The notes under the pieces are model-generated. The model was not told the DNA's origin and did no database searches. It worked only from the letters and a program-made list of their open reading frames with translations. Shown here one piece after another: positions 51,598 through 64,000 of a DNA stretch of 64,000 bases. The position numbers and the translations under genes were made by a program. The stretch is from Lama glama (lineage: Eukaryota), in NCBI GenBank assembly GCA_028534125.1, contig CM052816.1, forward strand, positions 82,586,001 to 82,650,000. Reading direction: 5' to 3'. How positions within the stretch are numbered: position 1 is the first letter of the stretch; each line of letters starts with the position of its first letter.

Positions 51598-54500
51598 CTG
51601 GAGGCTGCAGCCAAAGCTCTGTGTCCCTTCCTGGGTCACTGATGAAGCATCTACTGAGTTTGGGTGTTTTCAAGCTTCTCATAGTACAACACATGAGACC
51701 CAAGGCTTCCAAACACCCACTACCAATTTGGACTTCCTTTAGTTGTTCCTCACTCCCCTTAAGAAGAGCCAAAGCAACTCACCAGCATTCATTCATAGGG
51801 ATCCCTGGACAAACGTTCCAGAGTTTTAACTTTAGCCGATCTGGAGCCTTGAGCTGAGCCATTTGAATGTCGCAAGGCACTTAACCCTGCATGGCATTGC
51901 ATCTCAGTCATCTCCCTCAGCAACTGTCCATCAGGCTCTTCCATTCGACAACACTCTCCTGCACTCTTACCCTCACGTTGCCCTGTATTTTATTGTCAGC
52001 TGGATAAACTGTCAGGTCAGGTTCTGAGATAAGAAAGACCTGTTTGTGAATTCTGTTTTTTTTTTTTTCTTTTTCTGAAATGTACATTCTAGCTTTTTAA
52101 AAGAAAGAGCAGTGCCTACTCAGTGGGCTCGCTCCAAGGGTCACTTAGAATAACAAAAGTGCTTGGTATAGAGTTTAATTTCTAAAAGCCACTTCCCTCT
52201 CTAATCTGCTGGGACCTGATACATCCTCAGGAAAATAGGCCCTTTGTAAACTGACTTCCCCAGTCCTGAACTTTTTTCCCTGGTAGGTTCTTCTTGATCT
52301 CAGCTGCTACCAAAATCAGATTCTTCTCTGAACTTTCACTGTCCTTGTGGTCTGCTTAAGATGAGGCATTCAAACTTCCACATCTTCTCTATTATTTTCA
52401 TATTACAGGTCCTTCAATAAATATATAAGCATATTAGCAAGTTTGTGATTCTAAAACACAATGCAACTGAAATCCCTAAACAAGTACTGGCCACTTACTC
52501 TTTGCCAGGCACTGCCCTATGCAAAGAGGTGTGGCTTGCAATCTAGTAACTGGTCCAGGGACTAAGGTGCGATCAGTGGTCAGCACTCGGGTGCAGCAGG
52601 TGGTTGCAGTGTTAATGATTATATTCTGCCTAAAATGTAAATATGCTTTTGTTCCATGCCTGTATTTGAGTGGATTTCCTAACCAGGCAGAACAACCATT
52701 ATTGATGTTGTGGATTTATGTACAAATAGGATTTACTTCTAACCCTAAATTTAAAAAAAAAAAGGGATTCATTCTTAGATCAATAAAACTGTTGTGGGTG
52801 GAAACGGCATGCTCTCCTTCATGATATGTCCCATCCAGAAAGGTGGGCCAAGGGCAGCTGAGGGTGCGCAGGAAAAGTCTTCCTAGGGAGTCATTCTGCA
52901 ATGACTAGAAAAGCCGACTGTACCCTGAGCCAGAAAACTTACAGTTAGATTTGGTATTCCCGGTACCTGGCTATGATGACTCAAATAAGTTAACTCTCAG
53001 GGCCAGATATTTCTTGTCTGTAAGCATTAATGTAATGTGTACCTTGTGCCCTAAATAATTCCATTAGACACTATAAAGTACAGATATAAAGCTTAAGAGC
53101 TTTATGGTTTAACTGGAAGGAGAAGATCTTCAGATACGACACAAAGAACAAAATAAAATGTTATGTTTGCATTCAACGTAGTTGGTTACAGACTAGTATT
53201 ACTGAAATACTAAAGAGAGAAAAATCATTGCCAGCCACTGTCGTCAGTGATGACCCACCTACCCCTACACAAGGCTGTTGGGAGAATTAAGTTGAACAAA
53301 GCGCTGGTATGTGCTTTAAAGAGTAGGTGTTCAAAATAATGTGTAAAATGTACTTACAAAGGTAGTGATAGGATTAAACGCTGGTATTCCTTGAGACTGG
53401 AAATCTATTGCTGAGATTTTTATGTTAGACCCACAGTTATTTCCTTTGAATTGGAAACATATGAGTAAATTCACCAATGAGCTAGTCTGATTTTATTATC
53501 TGGTATAATTACCTAGAGAGCCGGTGGCCTTTATGAGGCTTTATGGCCTCTTCCCATGTTATGTGATGTGCTTTCATCATTCACTTCCTGTTACCACCAG
53601 TCCACCCAGATTCTGTTTCTTTGGTATAAAATTTTTTATCTTTTCCATTAAACAGCAAAGGTCACTTGACAAAACTTTGGACAACACCCAAATGCCATTC
53701 CAGGCAAACTACCAGCATTACGGGAAAGGCACGGAGGGAGTGCAGAGCCTTCATAATGATCAAAGTCAGATCTGTGATGGACTTAATAGTTTGCATTTAT
53801 CTAGGCTCTTTAAGGCTGTAAATTCACAGACTTTGCAAACTTTACCTGTCATGAAGGTGAAGAACAAACCAGAACATAGCACCCGCACGCTGGCACACAG
53901 GGATCTGATAGACTGAGGTGTTCAATTTAATTGAAATGGGAGGGAATGTTAAGTAGGAAGAGTGCAGTTATGTGAGCTGGAGCAGGGCCAGGCCTCCTCC
54001 TCTGTCCTGGGGGCACTGCAAGTGACCAGGAGTGTTGGTACTAAGGCTTACGTGTGAAGGACACCACAGGAGCAACTGGTCACTGGGGACAGTTGTAAAG
54101 TGAGAGTGGAGATTTTATTTCTTACACTGAAATGGCCCTTGTCTAGATGACAATACAATCATAGCGTGAAGTGACCTAGAGGAAGGTTCCTTGTATAAGC
54201 ACATTTTCTATTTTAACCTTTTGTTAAAAATCTCAGAAATGAATTTGAAATTGGCTTAGCTTTTACAAAGGGAGTTATTGTCCAAATAATAGTAATATTA
54301 GGTAGGATTAAGGATAGGATTCTGAAGAACTAACCACTTCAAATGAATCGTACTTATTTCCAACTAGCTGCATATATTTAAAAGACTAATTACTCAGGGG
54401 AGACAATAGGTGTGTTCACTTTATGTTTTAGAGCTGAAGAAAATACATATAAAAGAGTAAAAGAAAAGGATAAGGCTGTGAAGAAATCCCTTCATGTAGA

Positions 54501-54944
54501 CCATAATCCCAAAGGCAATTTTATTGTTATTAATGTTTTCATAGCACTTTTTCATTTTAACACTTATTTTTACATATTACTGTTTCCTTTTCCTGCTTTT
54601 TGACATGACAACTTGACATGAGTGCACGAGTACTGAATGAAAGATGATTGTGCTGATATAGGTTTTATATTTTATTTCCATTCCATTCATAAAGAGGCAC
54701 CGGAAACCAGAAGTTGGCTAACAAGTGGCACTGGCATATCAAGAGCCCTAGGCTGACCTCTGGTACCTTTCCAACATGCACGTTCCTTTCAAGTGTATCG
54801 AGAGGCATTTTCCATTTGCAAAGTCTTTAGGTTCTCAGATGTGCCTTCAAGACACAGCTCCTCATCTTCTCCCAACTTTACATCTGAACACTAGAGCACC
54901 GGTCTGAGTCTTTCCTAAATTTCTGACTTATTCCCTACTGCCTG

Positions 54945-55240
54945 TTGCAGCCTTAACCCCCATTGTGATGGTAACTGGAGACAGCATCTTGAGGAGGTAC
55001 CGAAGGTTAAATGAAGTCATGAGGCTGGGGTCTTAGTCTAACAGGACTTGAGCATGCTCAGAGGAAAAGCCATGTGAGGTTAAAGAGGCCATCTGTAAGC
55101 CAGGAAGGGAGTTCTCACCAGAAACCGATCCCCACCAGAACCTTAATCCTGGGTTTTCCAGCCTGCTGTACTGTGACGAGGTACATTTCTGTTGTTTGAG
55201 CCTGTGGTGCTGTGTTACAACAGTCCAAGCTGACTGGGTC
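54945..55240 (+). mobile_element. MaLR LTR (MLT1A-like)
   Basis: aaggttaaatgaagtcatgagg; ggccatctgtaagccaggaagggagttctcaccagaaacc; atttctgttgtttgagcc. Confidence 0.85.
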
Positions 55241-55369
55241 ACCTGTCCTACACATATTCTTCTTCACTCCATCCCTAACACTGACTATAGCTTTTTCCAA
55301 AATCAGAGATCCTATTATTCTGGAAACAGTAAATTACTAATTAAAAGCAAACATCACAATCAAGATGTG

Positions 55370-55500
55370 AACTCAGTTGGAGACAGAATTTCCACCACAG
55401 CGTTTACTGCTGGGCTGACCTTAGATAACCCAATAAACTTCTCAAATCATAGCATTTCAGTGCCAGGAAAGAAATAGTGCTGGGTGTGTTCTAGAAGCTG
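55370..55500 (+). mobile_element. MIR fragment
   Basis: tttactgctgggctgaccttagataacccaataaacttctc. Confidence 0.5.
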
Positions 55501-56307
55501 AAATAAATCTAAACTGTGTATAACCAATACTGTGATAGAAACCATGGGTGGTAGATTGCAAATTGCCGGGACTTGCCAAGGGAGGCATATATCCCACCTT
55601 CTTGTCCCCTCTTAACATCAAAACTGGTCATTGACTTGTTCGGCCAGAGAAATAAGAACAGAAGTGACAGCACGCAGTTTTCAGTAAAATCTTTAATAGC
55701 CCCTTTTGCTTTTGCCAATTTTCTTGTTCATTTCTCTTTGGCAAGAAAATCGCATGTTCTGAGTAGGGCTGTTTCTCGGCCTGGATCCCGAAATGAGAAG
55801 ATATATATATAGAAGAACCACAGCCAACTCAGAGCCACGAGCTGTCTGGAGGCGACTGAGACTTAGGACTTTGCTGCCATAGCCAAACTTACCAAAAGAC
55901 AACTGATACCGGGTTTCAAAAAGAGTCTAGAAAACTCGTCACATCATGGAGGATGTTGTAAACTAAATGCTTAGACTTGATCTTATTGGCAAGAGAAAAG
56001 CACACAAAGGTTTCAAGGAGGGGAGTGTAAGCTTTATTTTCCTTTAGTTTACTTGTTCATCTTTTTTAGTTTGTAAGTAACAAAGGGAAGTGATTTAAAA
56101 ATTAAATAGCCCTCAACGTTTTATGATGAAAAGGAGTGGTACCCTACTAGACATTTTCCCAAACACAGGTCTTATTTCCCAGTGACAAAGAATTTTAATA
56201 TTTTATTTTACACACCAGGTCATATTTCGTTCATATTTCTTAAATAGTTGTTTATACTACTTTTTTTATTTCTACATTTTAAACATTATTATTATTATTT
56301 AGTTAGA

Positions 56308-57385
56308 TGTGGTAGTTATTTGTTTTTAAATGGCTACAAAATCTTTGATACTCCTCCCATTAAGAGATGGGGTTTATGCCCTTTCCTCTTAAATCTGGAC
56401 AAACGATGGCTTGTTTGTAATCAGCACAATGTAGCAGAGTGTGTATGACTTCTGAGGCTGGTTGTGGCCACATGAAAACATGTCTCTCAGATTTCTTGCT
56501 GTGGGGAGCTTAACTAAAGACAAATTCAGCCTCTGTGTGCTGGACCTACCCCAATGTCCATGCTGAGATGCCACTACCCATGGGCTGCTCTCAGCCAATG
56601 GACAGACTACAGTGGAGACATGAAGGCAGGCTGGGTCCTACCAGAGGTGGGACTCCTTTGACGTGCAACTTTGTCTCGAAGACTTCCCATCGCTTGCCTG
56701 AAACCCTCTTAGAACTGCCCTGCACCTGCAGTTAGACTCTGCCTATCCAAACTGCCTTCCTTCTCTCCCTCCTTTGAGGGAGTTTGACCTGCTTTGCCAT
56801 CTGACAATGCTCGCTGCGTCCTCTGGCTTTCTCCACTTTTTCCCTTGCTGCTGTACCACCCAGTAAATCTCTTGCCCAACTAATTCCCATCTTGATGCTT
56901 TTCCTCAAAGGACCTAAACTAACACGCTAGGTCAGAAAAGGCAGCGTAGCTTTCTCCTCACGTACAGTGCAGCTAACTCCTCGAGCACAGCGTGGCTTTC
57001 TCCTTGAGCCCCTCTCTGTTGGAGGTCTGCCGCGCCCTGTAAGAAGACTGACCTCCCTCACACGGTTATGCTGAAGGGACACCCAGCAGACAAGGAGGGA
57101 CCGTGTGAAGGCCCTCACTGACTGCACCAAGTAAGGTCTCAGTCGGGATCAGTCCAGACGTGGGGGCAGAGGGGCAGCTCCATGATTCCAGCCCCCAGTC
57201 ATCAAGCCACCCCAGCGGTCCAGTCTTCCTGAGGCTCTAGTCGTCGCATGTTACTGGTTAGCCATCTCTGCTATGCCATGCCGGAGTTCCTGACACACAG
57301 AATCATAAGAATAATACAATTATTTTTTCAACTGCTGATTTGTGACTGGATGTTTGTGGATTGTGAGTTTGATCCATAGAAACCT
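56308..57385 (+). mobile_element. MaLR LTR (MLT1F/G-like), split by LTR16A-like insertion
   Basis: aatggctacaaaatctttgatactcctcccattaagagatgggg; tgacttctgaggct|...|gctaggtcagaaaaggc; ttcctgacacacagaatcataaga. Confidence 0.8.
56462..56925 (+). mobile_element. ERVL solo LTR (LTR16A-like)
   Basis: tgtggccac...gggctgctctcagccaatg...gggactcct...ttagaactgc...taaatctcttgc...ggacctaaactaacac. Confidence 0.88.
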
Positions 57386-57508
57386 TTTGTGGCCTACCAT
57401 GAGGATGTGTCCTCCCTGGGAAATTTTGCAGTTGGATCTTTCAGGTACTCCAGGGGCAAACACGAGGCTATTTCTGATGTTACTTTTCAACATGCAGTTA
57501 CTCAGAAA

Positions 57509-57557
57509 GTGTATATACATATATATATGTGTGTGTGTATATATATACACATATATA

Positions 57558-57603
<46 letters not shown>
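57509..57603. repeat. Compound (TA)n/(TG)n microsatellite
   Basis: Read directly. Confidence 0.97.
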
Positions 57604-60600
57604 GGCAAGTTCATGGCTATATATATGTATTTCTTTTTTCAACCAGACATCTCTACTGAAGCAGTTCCAATGTTAAGTAATGTGTTCACCACAGAATAAT
57701 TTTTTTTCCACTGGGTATGATTTCAGGTTATCTATTGGTGGACATGGAAGTAGTCACTAAACATGATAATTGAATTATTAGACAACTTTTGGTAGAAAAT
57801 CATTTTCGGTTAGAAATCATTATTCTATTGTCTTTTAGGCAGTAAATATAAGCATTGCTGTTGGGAAGTGTGACTGGGTTGAGGCTGGGCCTTTTTCTGA
57901 AATCTTGTCCTAGACAGATGTCTTCCCCTCACTTCCTTGTACACCTTTTGTGGGAGCCCACCCTTCATGAATCACACACACCTTCAGTTCTCAGAGTCTG
58001 TCTCTTGGAATCACACCTAAGCTAGGCGGCAGAGTCAAATGTTTTATTCTCTAAGAGACAGAATTTTAAAGAGGGACACAGAGCCATTGAGGTGCAGAGA
58101 GGTCACTGAGTAGAGCCTTGATCCCTGAAGTATGTCGTATCAGCGGAGGATAAAAGCATGAGGAGTTTCATTCAAGAGGGTCCAAGAAGTGTATTTTAAA
58201 GCAAAAACACTGCAGTTCTATACCCTTCCTTCAGACATCAGCTTTCTTTGTGTGTGAAATTTTAGCCACTGCCATCCTAGAAACACCAACTATACTGTCT
58301 TAACTTCTGGATAGCCTTTGAATTTAGATAGGTTATTGTTAGTAAGGTAAATATATTACAAAGTGTAGTCAAATTATTCAGCATCTTGGTTTTTGTCTAT
58401 CAAATAAAAGATCACTACCTTTAGATACAAGAAGCTTATTGAAAAGCTTTCATTTGCACCTAAACACCTACTATTTCATTTTCCTGAGGACATTAATCTT
58501 TATATTTATCATCTTCACTTTTTCATAAGCTCAGACCCTGGCACCTTATCACAAATTCATAAGAACACAGTAAAAACGATACTTGTTTGTGTGTGTGTTG
58601 CAGCAAATTGTTACCACCTCCCAGAGGAGGAAAACATTCAAACGTTTCGCTTTAAACCATGTTTTCAGTAATCGCCTTCATTTGCTATTAAGCTCCCTTT
58701 GTTCTCAGTATTCATAGTTGCATATGGAGATATTATTCCCACTGTTTACTAAGGTTCCTGCTGTGACTGAAAGCTAGTTCTTGACAGCTCACCGTCACTT
58801 CTGTGAGAAGAATCTAGGGCTCTCAAACTCTGAAATGCTCGCCCAAAAAGAAAAATGCTTGTGTGTTTCATTTCTACCATCTTCCAACATTTCCACTGCT
58901 GATGAAATACAGAAAGAGGGCAAAGCAGGGATGAGTTTCATGGTAACCTTTTGGTGCTGGTGCAGACCTCCCACTGGGATACATTTCCCATCTGACAGGT
59001 GGTCTATTCTCCTCAGAGACTACTGAGCTGGTGAACTTAAGCAAGAGCATATGACCCACTTCTCAGACCTGGAGCTCAGAGCAGCAGGGCTCATGTACAA
59101 CCATCTGAGAATTTTATGCTGAAACTCTCTTCTGTAATGTCTTTATTAACCTGTGCATATGATCCACTCACTTAGAAATTTCTGTGGATGATGAAGGTTG
59201 AGATAATAGAATGAGCTCCCGTTCTTCATGTTTTCTCGGGAAATCTCTCACCTGTGTCTGGAGAACTTCTAATGGGTTCTGATTATAAACTTAAGAAAAC
59301 GATATTCACATCAAGAAACAGCATTTGCAATCTTTCCTTAGACTAGAACCATGTTTAGTTTTAGTTTCCTTTGAGATTTGATAACAAATACACGCTAAGG
59401 CTCTTCATTACAGGAGAAACATATAGTTACTGGCAAATATCCAAAGTATTAGGAAAAGTGAGAATGTCTTCTTTGTAATAATTACATATAACAGTAATTA
59501 ATGGAATTAATGGTCTGGGACTTGAGTGATTAAGTAGATTTCATACCTAGATTCTTCTGTAAGCAATACACCTGAGTATTTGCAGTTTCTAAACATACTT
59601 ACTTTCTTAATTCGTATCGACCCCAATTCTTTTAAATTGTGTCTCCAAGTATCTGAAGTTCTCCAAAGCTTATCTATGTTATCCTCTTTCTATTCACAAA
59701 CAGAAGCCATGTCAAGGTAATTAACTTTGATAACCTAGTTAGCGTAAAGTTATTATAAGGGAACAAAGAGCACAAAAACTTCCAGAAAATCCCCTGAATT
59801 CTTAAGTTTCTAAATTAGAGCATATGATGCCATCTTCAAACTTTGAAGAATATCTATTGTGAGTACACAAATCAGGGTTTCAGTAAACTCTTGAAGAAGT
59901 TTTTTTGTTGTTTGAATGATGAAATATTTTCATTAAATTATAATAAAGAAAAATTCCAGAGATAGGCTTAATTATCAGGTTTTAGCTGCATAGATTATAA
60001 GTAAAAACTTTTCAGCCAAAGATCCTCTCTAAATTCACTTGTACTGACACTTTCTGAGGTCGTATAGGATTTGATGATGTTGGTTGTATCAGAAGAGATC
60101 CACCAGTTTTTGATTAAGCCCTCAGCGTTTGGTCACATGACAATTTGCTGTAGGCTTCCACTCGGTAAGCTTGCTTCTTGATATTTGATGTTCTATTCGT
60201 GAGGCCCTCCAGGGATATATGAGCTTGGTTTGGGATATCTCAGATACTAGAAGGAAAAAAATAAGTTTTCATCTTCAAGTATATTTTAAACAGAGATCAG
60301 TACGTAGAAATTCTCACAAAATAATGGTAAAGAAGGTAACTGGGAAAACTACCAGATAAAGACTAGCCATGTGTTTGTACTGTGATTTATGTCATCTGGA
60401 CAGGGGGTCCACAATAACTCTGTATAGCAGCACATCCTTCTTGCTCAGACTGGGAAGAGCTAAACTTTCTGTGTAACTACTAGGAAACTGATCAATTCTC
60501 TATGACAACATAAGCCAAATCAAAAGAAAACTTTTTTTTTTTGTCTTCTGTATTTAAAACATTGTTAAGGTTTTTAGGCGAGAGGAGGGGAAGTTTCCAA

Positions 60601-62357
60601 GTGGGAGAAGAGAGACTGACTAGAAAAGTTTGTCTAAATTCTCTTACACCAGATCTTAAAAGAGGCAGGGAAATTGATATTTTATAATGAAACCCTCTAG
60701 GGTTTTTTCTTCACCCTGTTTCAAATACCTAGATCCATTTTTCAGAGGCGAAAATAAGTATCTGATGATATCTCTAGAAGTTTACCAAATTTAAAAATAG
60801 TCACAACTTTTGAAACTGTGGGTGAATATTATTGTTGGCTTTTCTGTTAGGTCTATTATCTGTACCTTTGATATATTAAAACTTACTGTGACAGTAGAAG
60901 GTTTCTTTCTTAAAAAGTTTTAATTTATAAAAAAAAGCTTTAAAATAATCCAAATATGAGAGCCAAATTAAAATAATGAGATTACTAAATGTCTGCTTTA
61001 AAATCTAAAGATTCGTATTCACATACATGTAGCTGATTCTACCAATCTGAATGTATTTAATGTTAACAGCAAGTCAGTTCTTTGAAAGATAGTTATTAGA
61101 TGATTTAACTTGAGATGAGAAATCTGATGTCTCATGATAGCATTAAACGCTGCCGTTCAACAGAGGAAGGAAGGAAATACACAAAACTTATTGCTAGCAT
61201 GTACCAAAATTGGGGCCTAATTTCCTCGCTTTTTTATTTAATGCTGTTCCAACTGGAGGCATGAAATGAGCTGGATGCATCATCTGAGGATGGCAGCTCC
61301 ACGGGCATCTGTGAACCTGCTAAAAAGCTTTGCATGTGTTTGTTTATTTTCGTGATTGTGCTTCTCAGTTTACAGACGCTTATCCAGACCCAGCTTTCTA
61401 TACTGGCAAGCAAAAGTGAACGTCCTTCAGATGTGTGTGTGTTCCAGTCATATTGACATACTTTATTGGGAAATTAGAAACCGTTTGTTGATGAAAGTGG
61501 AGGCAGGGAAGGTGGTGATTCTAAAAGAATAAAGACTAATCAGATACAGTTGAATAAAATCTGACTACTGCTGAATAGATAACTGAATGAAATAACTGAG
61601 TGACAGAAACTTACCATGTAATATGCAAGCGATTTGTTATGGGAAAAGATATGTCTACATGTTAAACCTGTGAATATGCAAATGAGGGAAGACATACTTC
61701 CCCTCTTCTGATCTCTGGCAGGCAGAACGAGCTTTCTTGCATAATGTCCTCATTCCTTTTGGCTCATTTATGTTATTGTACAGGCATGATTGTGAGACTA
61801 AGGGCTATAAGCAGACACAGGCAGGTGTACATCAGCAAATCTGTGGGTGGAAAAGGGGTTGGTTGTCTTGGGTGGAGATTTCCACCATTGGAAGGACACT
61901 GCAGAGACAATAGAGCAAACTGGACGGACCAACTGTACAGGCAGAAACATCTTGATAACAACTTTAACAATACTTTATTTTATAGAAATATACTGTCTCA
62001 TATTTCTCATTCGTGATTTATTCTGAGATGTGGATCTTTTTTCTGACATCTGTTAGGCTCTTATTTTAGCCCTTCCGTTTTCTGGTCTCAGTTTTTCCTC
62101 CCAACTTTGTCCTTTAACATCAGCTCTGCCACCCCTTTCTTCATAAAAATGGATCTGACTTGTAGTCTCTTGAATAAACCTCTAACTTTCTCAGGCCATT
62201 TTCCTTACCCATAAAGTTTCTTCCTTTCTCTACCTTTCTACACTTATTTAAGTCTTAGACAGGCCATATCCTATCTCCCTTGTGGAATTTTCTTTGAGAA
62301 CTCTGGGCGGAATTGACTTATCTGCTCTCTGAATCCTCCCCCCTTAACTTTTTTGGG

Positions 62358-62376
62358 GTGTGTGTGTGTGTGTGTG
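62358..62376. repeat. (TG)n microsatellite
   Basis: Read directly. Confidence 0.9.
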
Positions 62377-62505
62377 AAGTGTAGTGTGTTAATGATGAGT
62401 TAGCATGTTAGTCTTCAACGGCTGTCATAACAAATTACCATGTATTTGGCAGCTTAAAACAACAGTAATGTATTATTTCACAATTCGGCAGGTCAGAATT
62501 TCAGG

Positions 62506-62626
62506 TGCGTGGTGGTGATAATGGTTTCATGGCTGTATCCTCATCCACAGGATCACTGAGTTGTACACGTGAAATATGTACATGTCCTTATGTGTCAATC
62601 ATACCTCAAAAAGGTGGCTTAAAAAT
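62506..62626 (+). mobile_element. Short L1 3' terminus (L1MC-like) with TSD
   Basis: ggtgataatggtttcatgg...tgtcaatcatacctcaa; flanks agaatttcagg (62495-62505) / agaagttcagg (62627-62637). Confidence 0.8.
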
Positions 62627-63053
62627 AGAAGTTCAGGCAGAGAGTCACTCAGCTAGTTTTCTACTTAGAGTCTCCCAAAGCCAGTATCAAGATACAGCAG
62701 GGCTGCATTCCTTTCTGACGGTTCTGGGAATGAAATTGCTTCTAAGTTCATACAAGTTGTTCACAGAATTCAGATCCTCGCCCTCGTCATGGGACTGAGT
62801 TACCATTTCCCAGCTGGTTGTTGGCCCAAAGTCCTTCTCAGCTTCTAGAGGCCCCTGTGCTCCTTGGCGGTTGGCCTCATTCCTCCATCTTTGAAAGCTG
62901 AGTCCTCCTTAAGTGCTGTATCTCTCTGACTTCCCCTTTTACACCATCTCTTTTGCCTCCAGCCAGAGAATTTTCTCTGCTTTTAAGGGTTCATAGGATT
63001 AGATTGGTTTACAAGGATAATTCATGGTAATTTCTCACTCTGAGGGGCATAAT

Positions 63054-63800
63054 CTTGTTTCCGTATCCTGGCTATTGTGAATAATGACGTAATAAATGTG
63101 GAATGCACATATCTCTTCTAAATCTTTTTTTGTTTCCTTTGGGTATATATCCAGAAGTGGAATTGCTGGATCATATAGATTTATTTTTAATTTTTTGAGG
63201 AGCCTCCATATTGTTTTCTATAGTGGTTGGATCCATCAACAGGTGAATGGATAAAGAAGATGTAATGTATACATTTATCATATATTATTGTATATTATGT
63301 ATTATTTAGCCATGAGAAAGAGGACATCCTGTCCTTTATCACAACATAGATAGACCTTAAGCACATTATACTGAGTGAGATAAGTCATACAGAGGAAGAA
63401 AAGTACTGTATGATACCGCTTGTATGTGGATTCTAAAAAAGCCAAACTTATAAAAACAGAGTAAAATGGTGGTTACCAGGAGATGGGGTTGGGAGGTTAA
63501 GATGGATGCTGTTTAAGGCACAAGCTTGCAATGAGTAGTAAACATCCCTAGAGTTCTAATGAACAGTATAGTGAATAGAGACAACCATGGTGTACCATAA
63601 TCATCAAACTTGCTGAGAGACTAGAATTTAACTTTTCCAACTGCTATAGAGAAATGATGATTACATAATATGATAGAGGTGCTAATTATCACTACAATGG
63701 CCATCATATTACAATATATAAATGTATCAAATTAACATGTTGTACACCTTACATTTACACCATGTTATATGTCAAATATACTCAAAAATAAAAATTTTAA
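63054..63800 (+). mobile_element. L1 (L1MA-like) 3' end with 5' inversion (63054-~63229 inverted)
   Basis: Antisense ggctattgtgaataat...gaagtggaattgctggatcata...tagtggttg joined to sense tccatcaacaggtgaatggataaagaa...atgttatatgtcaaat. Confidence 0.9.
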
Positions 63801-64000
63801 AAGGACAATGATCGTAATTATATCTGCAAAATTCCTTCTCACCAGTAACTAGATCAGCATTTGATGGAATAACCAGGGGACAGCGGATTCTTCCTATCAT
63901 GGCCATTACCACACAGTTGGCTTCTCTCCTTTATTACCTTGCTTTGGCCATGGTGGTATCTTTTTGAATTGCCTTTACACACTCCCTTGGAGTTAGTATT

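Larger units (their letters stand above)
62404..63899 (-). mobile_element. MaLR LTR (MLT1E-like) in three pieces, split by two L1 insertions
   Basis: cataacaaattacc...cttaaaacaaca; cagggctgcattcctttctg; ttctctgcttttaagggttcat; resumes taattatatctgcaaa...ggattcttcctatca. Confidence 0.85.

Noticed and set aside
51783..51982. Minus-strand exon candidate ending CTG/GTGAGT
   Set aside because: No polypyrimidine tract at the acceptor and no recognisable reading frame
57320..57659. ORFs rich in C/V/Y/I/T/H
   Set aside because: Translations of the TA/TG microsatellite
60059..60174. Exon-like or C/D snoRNA-like segment (tgatgat...; ctcg/gtaagc)
   Set aside because: Stops in all frames, weak acceptor, and no D box or terminal stem at a suitable distance
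1..64000. A novel multi-gene biological system
   Set aside because: No supportable genes, RNA genes or organised arrays; the structure seen is explained by transposable elements and simple repeats

Overview
AT-rich mammalian genomic DNA, intergenic or deep intronic. I could not support any host protein-coding exon, RNA gene or CpG-island promoter. Much of the window is interspersed repeat: old MIR, L2, L1M, MaLR (MLT1), ERVL/ERV1 LTRs, MER5 and Tigger DNA elements, plus younger L1 3' ends and ERV1 LTRs of artiodactyl type. The style of the young L1 3' ends, with no Alu, Bov-tA/Bov-A2, PRE1 or Can-SINE visible, suggests a camelid (inference). A 500-N assembly gap (36646-37145) lies inside a young L1. 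The only recognisable protein sequence is an L1 ORF2 fragment; the other listed ORFs look spurious or repeat-derived. I found no convincing new biological system. The best leads are retrotransposition oddities: a TSD-flanked L1 5'UTR/3'-end chimera (12114-12671), a GC-rich orphan fragment retroposed into an LTR (~22688-22901) and a twin-primed L1. There are also a few candidate regulatory motifs: a p53-like site, an RBFOX-motif cluster beside a cryptic exon, and an AP-1 cluster. Repeat family names come from recalled consensus resemblance, not a database search, and boundaries of old repeats are approximate.
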